Made by a program: the position numbers and the translations under genes
The notes under the pieces: model-generated
What the model saw: only the letters and a program-made list of their open reading frames with translations
The model's database searches: none
Told to the model about the DNA's origin: nothing
Source: Sedimentisphaera cyanobacteriorum
GTDB lineage: Bacteria > Planctomycetota > Phycisphaerae > Sedimentisphaerales > Sedimentisphaeraceae
Length of the DNA: 32,000 nucleotides
Reading direction: 5' to 3'
Assembly: GCF_001997385.1 (NCBI RefSeq)
Contig: NZ_CP019633.1
Span: 780,001-812,000 of the forward strand
Shown here: positions 25,243-32,000 of the stretch, piece by piece
Numbering within the stretch: the first letter of the stretch is position 1
Layout: each line of letters opens with the position of its first letter

Positions 25243-25746
25243 ATGCGCAATTGTTATAAAAATGTTTATGAAACTGTTTTCAGCTATTGGCTGGAAGAAA
25301 GCGGGCTTGATTTTGAATATATCCCTCAGAGCGGAAAAACAAGCTTAAAGAGGTTTGATTTTCTCGTTTCATTCCCTGATTTTTTCGCCGCAGTGGAGCT
25401 GAAGGGCAGAACAGTTAGAACACGGAGAAAGATTACGTGCAGTTCTTTTCAAAACTGGATTACCTCTGCGGACCGCGATTTTATCTCCAAAGCCAAGCAG
25501 GAAGGCTTTGTGCCTCTGTTTGTCTTCGCTTACAGGCTTGACAATCCATTCTGCCAGTGTGAATACGATATCGATTATACCCTCAGCGAGGACAGATTTA
25601 TATTTAGGGCTGTAGAGGCCGAAAAATACCTGCAAAATGCAAGGGTTCGCAGTCCAAGGTGGAATACAATCTGTCTAAGTTCCATGGCTTTTCAAGAACT
25701 GGCCATCCCGGCAGCCGAACTCCTAAATAGAAAAACGATTACATAG
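25243..25746 (+). CDS. Uncharacterised PD-(D/E)xK-like protein (possibly HYExAFE family)
   Basis: 167 aa. An N-terminal helix carries VYETVFSYWLEE, followed by KRFDFLV (Asp strand) and AAVELKGR (ExK). This is the order and spacing of a restriction-endonuclease-like core. It is the only + strand gene in a ~15-kb minus-strand block, and its 3' end overlaps the lipA stop by 8 nt. Confidence 0.5.
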   Translation: MRNCYKNVYETVFSYWLEESGLDFEYIPQSGKTSLKRFDFLVSFPDFFAAVELKGRTVRTRRKITCSSFQNWITSADRDFISKAKQEGFVPLFVFAYRLDNPFCQCEYDIDYTLSEDRFIFRAVEAEKYLQNARVRSPRWNTICLSSMAFQELAIPAAELLNRKTIT

Positions 25747-26602
25747 ATTCCGCCATATAAGAGCTTCTTGTAAAGGGCGATGCCTGCACAGATTCAAAAC
25801 CCATATCAAGCGATAGACTGCGCCAGTATGAGAATTTTTCGGGGGTAATGAATTCCTCTACATCAAGCGAGGATTTCGAAGACTTTAGATACTGCCCCAT
25901 CGCCAATCGCTGGGCTCCGCAGTTCTTCAAATCTCTGAGAAGCTTTTCAATCTGCGCATCCGTTTCTCCAAGACCGAGCATAAAGGATGATTTAAGCGGA
26001 ACATCCGGAAATCTTTCGGCAAATTTCTGCAAAAGCTCCAAAGACCTCTTATAGCTGCCCTGCGGCCTTGCCTTTGGAAAAAGCTCTTCAACCGTTTCGA
26101 TATTATGCGAAAACACAAACGGCAAAGCTTCCACTATTATATTGATCGCATCATCTTGGCAGCCGGCAAAATCGGGCGTAAGCAGTTCGAAAGCGGCATG
26201 CGGATTGTTCTTGCGAATCTCCAGCACGGTATCTCTGAAATGAGCAGCGCCGCCAAAGGGAAGGTCATCTCTGGTAACGCTTGTAATAACCAGATAACTG
26301 ATTTTCAGCTCATTTGTTAATCTGGATAGTTTTTCAGGCTCCCTCTTGTCCGGCGGAGCGGGAGAGCCGAACGGAACTGAGCAGAACTTGCAGTTCCTTG
26401 TGCATACATTCCCCAGAATCAAAACGCTCGCAGTGCCCCTTGACCAGCATTCGCCTTTATTTGGGCAGTTTGCTTCTACGCAGATTGTGTTTATACCGAG
26501 AGAATTGACCAGCTCTTCAGTTTTGCAATAGCTGCTGGAGGCTGATATTTTCGTCTTCAGCCAGCTCGGAAACCGTTTTTTGTGTGCATTTATATTCTTC
26601 AT
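25739..26602 (-). CDS. lipA: Lipoyl synthase
   Basis: CVEANCPNKGECW (auxiliary cluster) and CTRNCKFCSV (radical-SAM CX3CX2C). The conserved N-terminal segment KRFPSWLKTK forces a start at or upstream of the ATG at 26602. In-frame alternatives lie at 26647 and 26704. Confidence 0.9.
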   Translation of the reverse strand: MKNINAHKKRFPSWLKTKISASSSYCKTEELVNSLGINTICVEANCPNKGECWSRGTASVLILGNVCTRNCKFCSVPFGSPAPPDKREPEKLSRLTNELKISYLVITSVTRDDLPFGGAAHFRDTVLEIRKNNPHAAFELLTPDFAGCQDDAINIIVEALPFVFSHNIETVEELFPKARPQGSYKRSLELLQKFAERFPDVPLKSSFMLGLGETDAQIEKLLRDLKNCGAQRLAMGQYLKSSKSSLDVEEFITPEKFSYWRSLSLDMGFESVQASPFTRSSYMAESM

Positions 26603-27212
26603 TAAAAGTTTGGCCGAGAATTTCGGCTGCCCTTCTTTTCGCTTCATTAAAATCGACAGACCCTGATATCTCTTTTTCGAGGCTTGTAACCTCAACCCCT
26701 TCAAGGCCGCAGGGGATTATATTATTGAATATATCCAAATCGTTGCAGAGATTCAAGGCAATGCCATGGTAGGCGAGCCCTGAATTTATACGAACACCGA
26801 TTGATGCAATTTTCTTTTCCATTTTCCAGAGCCCGGGATATCCCATGCGTTTTGAAGTTTTAAGGCCGAAGGAATAAAAAAGCTTCCGACCGATTTTTTC
26901 CAAAGCCGAGATGTAGTCTCTAATCCCGAATTGATGCCTGCTTAGCTCAATCACAGGATAAACCACCAGCTGCCCGACATTGTGGCAGGTTGCCCCGCCG
27001 CCTCTGTTTGCAGCGAACAGCTCAATCCCGCTTTTCTCCAAAACCTCTGCATCTTTCAGCAGGATGTTCTTGTCTTTACGGATTCCGGTTGTTATTACAG
27101 GGTAATGCTCTGTAAGCAGGATAATTCCGCTTCTTCGCTTCGAAACGAGCGTTTTCTGAAGCTTAAAAACATCAGCGAAATGTGTTTTGCCTAAATCTGC
27201 AATTATCAGCAT
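26517..27212 (-). CDS. lipB: Lipoyl(octanoyl) transferase
   Basis: NRGGGATCHNVGQLVVYP, KIASIGVR, HGIALN and IIPCGL motifs. 231 aa with a non-conserved C-terminal tail. Confidence 0.9.
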   Translation of the reverse strand: MLIIADLGKTHFADVFKLQKTLVSKRRSGIILLTEHYPVITTGIRKDKNILLKDAEVLEKSGIELFAANRGGGATCHNVGQLVVYPVIELSRHQFGIRDYISALEKIGRKLFYSFGLKTSKRMGYPGLWKMEKKIASIGVRINSGLAYHGIALNLCNDLDIFNNIIPCGLEGVEVTSLEKEISGSVDFNEAKRRAAEILGQTFNEEYKCTQKTVSELAEDENISLQQLLQN

Positions 27213-27219
27213 TCAATTT

Positions 27220-28326
27220 TCAGCAGCTGTAGAATTCACGAATCTTATCTGCGGTGTATTCGAGCTGCTGCCTTTCTATCTCGGGGCTTACGGGAATAGA
27301 AAGAACCTCCCTGCATACTTTTTCCGTTACGGGCAGAGTTTCGCGGCTGCAGCTGAGATATTCAAAACATTTCTGCTTGTTAAGAGGAGCCGGGTAATAC
27401 ACTGCGCTGCCTATGCCGTTATCGCGGAGATATTCCTTGAGCTGATCCCGATTTTCGGCTTTTATTGTGTACTGATTGTAAACGCTTACGTTCCCGCTTT
27501 CTATCACAGGCAGCTGAATCTGCTTAACATCCTTCAGAAGTTCATCATACATTGCAGCATTGGCCTGTCTCTTTCTTTCCCAGTCTTTCAGGTGCTTTAG
27601 CTTTACGTTTAGAACTGCTCCCTGAATCCCGTCCATTCGGAAATTCCCGCCGATACGTTCGTATTCGTACTGCTTATTCTGACCGTGGTTCCTAATCATC
27701 CTGCAGATGCTGTCATTCTCACTGCTGCAAGTTGTTATCATTCCGGCATCGCCGAAAGCGCCGAGGTTTTTTGTCGGGTAAAACGAGAAGCACCCGAAAT
27801 CGCCTATTGTTCCGCTGGACTGGCCGTTTTGTGAAGCTCCTATGCTCTGGGCTGCATCTTCGATTACAGTTAAGCCGTGTCTTGATGCAATGTCCATTAT
27901 CGGCATCATATCAGCCATCTGCCCGAACAAATGCACAGGAATAATAGCCTTGGTTTTAGGCGTAACCTTTTCTTCAATCTTGACAGGGTCTATGTTGAAA
28001 GTTCTTTCGCTAATGTCAGCAAAAACAGGCACAGCACCAAGCCTTGCGGCAGTGCCCGTAGTTGCTGCGAAGGTAAACGAGGGCAGGATAACTTCATCCC
28101 CCCTGCCGATACCCGCCGCCATAAGCGATACCAGAAGGGCGTCTGTTCCGCTTGAAACTGCAATTGAATACTCTGCATTGCAAAATTGCGAAGCGTTTTT
28201 TTCGAACTGCTCAACAGCAGGACCGAGGCAGCAGGCCTGTGATTGGCAAACCTGCTCTATAGCAGGCATTACTTCATCCTTTATCCCTGCAAACTGCTTT
28301 TTGAGGTCTAACATTGGTACGTTCAT
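27220..28326 (-). CDS. DegT/DnrJ/EryC1/StrS-family PLP-dependent sugar aminotransferase
   Basis: SGTDAL, HLFGQ, FSFYPTKNLGAFGDAG (PLP Lys) and HGQ motifs. The start is set to the ATG at 28326 (AAAGGA SD, MNVPMLDLKKQF) rather than the track TTG at 28347. Confidence 0.85.
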   Translation of the reverse strand: MNVPMLDLKKQFAGIKDEVMPAIEQVCQSQACCLGPAVEQFEKNASQFCNAEYSIAVSSGTDALLVSLMAAGIGRGDEVILPSFTFAATTGTAARLGAVPVFADISERTFNIDPVKIEEKVTPKTKAIIPVHLFGQMADMMPIMDIASRHGLTVIEDAAQSIGASQNGQSSGTIGDFGCFSFYPTKNLGAFGDAGMITTCSSENDSICRMIRNHGQNKQYEYERIGGNFRMDGIQGAVLNVKLKHLKDWERKRQANAAMYDELLKDVKQIQLPVIESGNVSVYNQYTIKAENRDQLKEYLRDNGIGSAVYYPAPLNKQKCFEYLSCSRETLPVTEKVCREVLSIPVSPEIERQQLEYTADKIREFYSC

Positions 28327-28343
28327 AAATATCCTTTTTGCTT

Positions 28344-29285
28344 TCAAATTCTCGAAATGAGCATATCAGTTTTTTTATCTGCTTTGATTTTACCCTCAAA
28401 GCAATACGGAAGTATTATACATTCGCCCGGGCTGTAACTCACCTGCCCTTCGAAATTGCCTTCAATCAAACCTTTACCCTCAGCGGCAAACACAGCCGCC
28501 ATCTCACCTTTATCCCAACGGAAGGCTTCACCTGCATTTAAAGACTTCTTATCCACGCTGAATTCTTCAGCCTCCACGAGCCTACCCTCTGTGGCTGGAT
28601 TATTTGCAGGGTCAGGCATATTCTCAATACATTCTAAAGCCTCTTTGATGTGCAGCTGGCGGGGATTTCCGTCCTGCCCCATTCTCCCCCAGTCATAAAC
28701 TCTGTATGTTGTATCTGATGGCTGCTGAATCTCAGCGATGAGAATCCCGCTGCCTATAGCATGGAATGTGCCGGAAGGGATAAAATGGCACTCGCCAGGG
28801 CTGACAGGCACTTTCTGCAGCAGTCTTTCGCAATCGCTGTTTTCAATGCCTTCCCTGAGCTGTTCAGGTGTAACACCTTCTTTGAGCCCTTTGTAAATGA
28901 ACGAATCGGGCTGAGCATCAAGGATATACCAGCATTCAGTCTTCGGATTGCCTTTTCCAGTTTGTTCACAGGTCTTTTTGTCTGGATGAACCTGAAGGCT
29001 TAGCCTGTCCCCTGCATCAATGATCTTTATCATAAGAGGAAATGAACCGCCTGAAAAGCCCCCTCCAAAAAGCTCAGAAGGGTATCTTTCAATTATTTCA
29101 TTTATGCTCAGGCCTTTTAACTGCCCATTGACAATTTTGCTTCTCGCACCTGGTATATCAGAGAGTAGCCAGCTCTCGCCGATTTTCCTGTTGTCCGAGG
29201 GGTTGTTCAGATACTTACTGCATATAGAATTCCCGCCCCAGACTTTCTCAACTAAAATTGGTTCAAATTTTATTGGATAAATCAT
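28344..29285 (-). CDS. manA: Mannose-6-phosphate isomerase, class I (cupin)
   Basis: KFEPILVEKVWGG, LSLQVHPD, ECWYIL and GTFHAIG motifs. 313 aa. Confidence 0.85.
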   Translation of the reverse strand: MIYPIKFEPILVEKVWGGNSICSKYLNNPSDNRKIGESWLLSDIPGARSKIVNGQLKGLSINEIIERYPSELFGGGFSGGSFPLMIKIIDAGDRLSLQVHPDKKTCEQTGKGNPKTECWYILDAQPDSFIYKGLKEGVTPEQLREGIENSDCERLLQKVPVSPGECHFIPSGTFHAIGSGILIAEIQQPSDTTYRVYDWGRMGQDGNPRQLHIKEALECIENMPDPANNPATEGRLVEAEEFSVDKKSLNAGEAFRWDKGEMAAVFAAEGKGLIEGNFEGQVSYSPGECIILPYCFEGKIKADKKTDMLISRI

Positions 29286-29394
29286 ATAAGTTCCCGTCTA
29301 AAAGTAATTTTCAAATTATTTGCTAATGATAAAAATATTCTCGCCAAAAGCAAAAACAAAGACGGGAGCGATAAAAACGGTTAATCATTGCCCG

Positions 29395-30276
29395 CTAAAA
29401 GATTATGCCTGCATAACCAACGCTAGAATCGCTGCTGCAAAGGTAGTTGGAACTGATTACCTCGAAGCTGTGGGTGTGTTTCAGCAGCCTGCCCTTTTTA
29501 CTGCCCATCTGCCTTGCATACTCTACCGCTGCAGCCACAGCACCAGGCCCGCATGAGCTCCTCTCGTATATGCCTTTAGAGAGCACTGATTTTGCGTTCA
29601 TAGATACAGCTGCTTCAATGAAAGCCTTGTCGTTGACATCTTTAGCCCATTTGCAGCCGGTCTCTCCTTCTCCTGCGGGCGCGAAATCAAACCTCCTGCC
29701 GTAATGGGTTAGATCAGAAGAAGCTATGCAGAAAACATTTTTGTCCTTCAGATCTTTAACGGCCTCAGCCGCTTGCTGACCTGCCTGAAATGCATCCTCT
29801 GAAGGCGGAACAAGAACAGGGCATATTTCTGCATCAGGGTACAGGTGTTTTATGAACGGGCACACCACTTCTAGGCTGTGTTCGCCTGAATGGCATCGGC
29901 TGTCTTCTTCAAATACAGAGCTGCTTTTAACAAGAGAATCAGCAAGCTGGCGGTTAGCGTTAATTATGCCCATCGGCGTCTTCCAAGCGGAGCCATTATA
30001 AACCGCTGCGCTGAGCACGCCCCTCAGATGAACAGCACCAAAGAGCAGAAATATATCAATATGTATTTCGCTTTCTTTGAGTGCATTAAATACTGAAGCG
30101 GTTACATCACCGCAAAACTCCCAGCCGGCATGGGGAACAACTGCTGCTTTAGGCTCGAAATTTGTATCGAGCTGAGGTTCTTTCACCTGCTGTAGCAGAG
30201 AGTCTATAGCTCTCTGGCAGTCGCTTTTCAAGGACGGATAAAAGCTTCCGGCGCATATCATCTCTCTGGCAACCAT
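29395..30276 (-). CDS. amrB: MEMO1-family protein (AmmeMemoRadiSam system protein B)
   Basis: AGSFYP, AAVVPHAGWEFCG, HSLEV, SSDLTHYG and SSCGPG motifs, with C-terminal SSVGYAGIIF. The start is set to the ATG at 30276 (AAGGAGAG SD) rather than the track TTG at 30300. Confidence 0.8.
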   Translation of the reverse strand: MVAREMICAGSFYPSLKSDCQRAIDSLLQQVKEPQLDTNFEPKAAVVPHAGWEFCGDVTASVFNALKESEIHIDIFLLFGAVHLRGVLSAAVYNGSAWKTPMGIINANRQLADSLVKSSSVFEEDSRCHSGEHSLEVVCPFIKHLYPDAEICPVLVPPSEDAFQAGQQAAEAVKDLKDKNVFCIASSDLTHYGRRFDFAPAGEGETGCKWAKDVNDKAFIEAAVSMNAKSVLSKGIYERSSCGPGAVAAAVEYARQMGSKKGRLLKHTHSFEVISSNYLCSSDSSVGYAGIIF

Positions 30277-30383
30277 TCTCTCTCCTTCTTGAAAAATCAA
30301 AAATTATTTATAAAATCATTATACAGTCAAAAAGACGTTTTACAAAAATTAAAGTACTTTTTTATGGGAAGGGTAAGACAGCA

Positions 30384-30887
30384 ATGGGAGATAAAAACAT
30401 TAAAGCAGCGGTAATTATGGGTTCAGACAGCGATCTTTCAACAATGCAGAAATGCATTGACACTCTCAAGGAATTCGGCATACAGCCCACAGTAAGGGTT
30501 ATCTCCGCTCACCGCACTCCTCTTGAGGCCGCTGATTTTGCTGATAAGGCAAAGGAAAACGGCTATAAAGTTATTATCGCTGCTGCTGGAATGGCCGCCC
30601 ATCTTGCAGGGTCTGTAGCAGGAAGGACAGAGCTTCCGGTAATTGGCGTGCCAATGCAGGCTTCTGAAGGCCCCAACGGGCTGGATGCCCTCCTCAGCAC
30701 TGTACAAATGCCTCCGGGAGTGCCTGTGGCCTCGATGGCAATAGGCAAAGCCGGAGCGAAAAATGCAGCGATTTTTGCAGCGCAGATAATAAGCCTTTTC
30801 GATGAAGAAGTGGACAAAAAGCTCAAACAGTTCAGAACTCGCCAAACCGAAGCTGTGATTGCAAAAGACGCATCAATTAACAGTTAA
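30384..30887 (+). CDS. purE: 5-(carboxyamino)imidazole ribonucleotide mutase (class I PurE)
   Basis: VIMGSDSD, SAHRTP and AGMAAHLAG motifs. 167 aa. Confidence 0.95.
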   Translation: MGDKNIKAAVIMGSDSDLSTMQKCIDTLKEFGIQPTVRVISAHRTPLEAADFADKAKENGYKVIIAAAGMAAHLAGSVAGRTELPVIGVPMQASEGPNGLDALLSTVQMPPGVPVASMAIGKAGAKNAAIFAAQIISLFDEEVDKKLKQFRTRQTEAVIAKDASINS

Positions 30888-30905
30888 TGCGGATTTGGAG
30901 AGATA

Positions 30906-32000
30906 ATGCCCGGCACCAATTATGATTTTACTATCAAAACACTCGGCAGATGTACGGTAAATTCCCCGCTGAGCTTTTCAACAACTCAAGGCGATTATGT
31001 GGCGAATTACGCAAGCGACGAGCGGGGGATTATATATAATATCCAGCTGCCTCGAGGGGACATAAATTTAGACATAAAAAAGCATCAGCTGGTTGAAAAG
31101 GCCGGGCCAAGGCAGGAAATATATTTCGACCCTGCGAAAGTAAACGCAGCAGTTGTAACCTGCGGCGGGCTTTGCCCGGGGCTCAATGCTGTTATACGCT
31201 CTATAACGCATACTCTCTTCTACAGCTACGGAGTCAAAAGGCTTACAGGGATACAGTATGGTTATCGCGGCTTTCTGCCTGAATTTGGGCTGCCCACCGT
31301 AAATTTAACCCCAGAAACTGTTGACGATATACACACTAAGGGCGGCACAATTCTCGGCTCCTCTAGAGGCCACGGGGACCGCGCGAGAGAAATAGTTGAT
31401 GCTGTTGAGCGAATGAACATAAATATGCTATTCATTATCGGCGGAGACGGTACTCAAAAGGGTTCTCTTGATATATCAAGGGAAGCGGAAAAGAGAAATT
31501 TGAATATATCAGTTGTTGGCATACCCAAAACGATAGATAATGATTTGAGCTTTATAGAGCGTTCATTCGGCTTTGAAACTGCCGTTTCAAAGGCCATTGA
31601 TGCTGTGGCAGCCGCCCATATTGAGGCAAAAGATGCCTGTATGGGGGTAGGCCTAGTAAAACTTATGGGCAGGGAATCAGGCTTCATAGCTGCTCACACC
31701 GCCCTTGCAAGCCAGGACGTAAATTTTGTTCTTGTACCCGAAGTGCCTTTCAGTCTGAAGGGAGAAAAAGGATTCCTTGCAACGCTTGAAAAGAGAATGA
31801 AATATAAAGACCACGCAGTGATTGTTGCGGCTGAGGGCGCGGGGCAGGATCTGCTTGAAGCGGAAAAAAGCAAAGATGCCTCGGGAAATAGAAGGCTTGC
31901 TGATATAGGTATTTATCTCAAGGAAAACATCGAAGAGCATTTCTCTAGTAAAAATTGGGATATAAATCTTAAATTCATAGATCCAAGCTATATAATAAGA
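30906..32000 (+). CDS. pfkA: 6-phosphofructokinase, long 'plant/protist-like' clade (5' 365 codons; runs off the right edge)
   Basis: Absent from the ORF track because it is truncated. The ATG at 30906 follows a GGAGAG SD. Translation gives ...AAVVTCGGLCPGLNAVIR..., IIGGDGTQKG, GIPKTIDND and LMGRESGF. The GGDG (not GGDD) motif favours ATP as phosphoryl donor, while the Lys in PKTIDND is the residue usually seen in PPi enzymes. Confidence 0.9.
   Translation, partial: MPGTNYDFTIKTLGRCTVNSPLSFSTTQGDYVANYASDERGIIYNIQLPRGDINLDIKKHQLVEKAGPRQEIYFDPAKVNAAVVTCGGLCPGLNAVIRSITHTLFYSYGVKRLTGIQYGYRGFLPEFGLPTVNLTPETVDDIHTKGGTILGSSRGHGDRAREIVDAVERMNINMLFIIGGDGTQKGSLDISREAEKRNLNISVVGIPKTIDNDLSFIERSFGFETAVSKAIDAVAAAHIEAKDACMGVGLVKLMGRESGFIAAHTALASQDVNFVLVPEVPFSLKGEKGFLATLEKRMKYKDHAVIVAAEGAGQDLLEAEKSKDASGNRRLADIGIYLKENIEEHFSSKNWDINLKFIDPSYIIR

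Noticed and set aside
29292-29367. Inverted repeat TCCCGTCT / AGACGGGA flanking ~60 nt between the MEMO gene and manA.
   Set aside because: The arms are 8 bp with a 60-nt loop and no adjacent T-tract on the transcribed strand. This is not a convincing terminator or mobile-element end.
1-32000. Scanned by eye for CRISPR-like spaced repeats, tandem repeats, IS inverted repeats, riboswitch or T-box leaders (ileS, lysA, cobO, purE upstream regions), additional tRNAs and rRNA.
   Set aside because: None was seen. The leaders are short (0-60 nt) or the genes are translationally coupled. Only one TTCGA T-loop-bearing cloverleaf was found. A computational repeat and Rfam scan would be needed to be definitive.

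Overview
This window is a dense, mostly housekeeping chromosomal segment with about 31 protein genes, one tRNA, and short AT-rich spacers. I saw no rRNA, CRISPR array, transposase, integrase or phage genes.

**Gene content**
- **Translation and RNA modification:** ileS, lepA, tsaC/sua5-like, tRNA-Leu(UAG).
- **Nucleotide metabolism:** pyrG, pyrF, purE.
- **Envelope:** kdsB, murD, a NodT-type outer-membrane factor, manA plus a DegT aminotransferase.
- **Cofactors:** lipB-lipA, cobO, hydF.
- **Central metabolism:** rpiB, citrate synthase, lysA, pfk.

**Likely source (inference only)**
- The host looks like an anaerobic member of the PVC superphylum, probably Planctomycetota/Phycisphaerae-like.
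- Supporting features are an OmcB/DUF11-type lipoprotein, a kdsB-pyrG pair, a dockerin-tailed secreted S8 protease, an orphan HydF, a HYExAFE-like protein, and murD lying outside a dcw cluster.

**No self-contained novel multi-gene system**
- I could not find a defence island, retroelement, toxin-antitoxin pair or repeat array.

**Items most worth a second look**
1. A YrdC/Sua5 enzyme fused to an LMW-phosphatase-like domain whose CX5R arginine is lost, translationally coupled to rpiB.
2. A two-TM, membrane-anchored RRM RNA-binding protein between lepA and lysA.
3. A chlamydial-OmcB-like lipoprotein.
4. About 360 nt of unassigned spacer closed by a bidirectional terminator, which may encode a small RNA or micro-ORF.
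5. A lone opposite-strand PD-(D/E)xK-like gene.
6. A divergent CTP synthase whose triad Glu position reads Cys.
7. An 86-nt or longer out-of-frame lipB/lipA overlap.

**Start-codon corrections**
- Several starts in the ORF track are over-extended TTG/GTG calls.
- I moved them to SD-supported ATGs where the sequence justified it.
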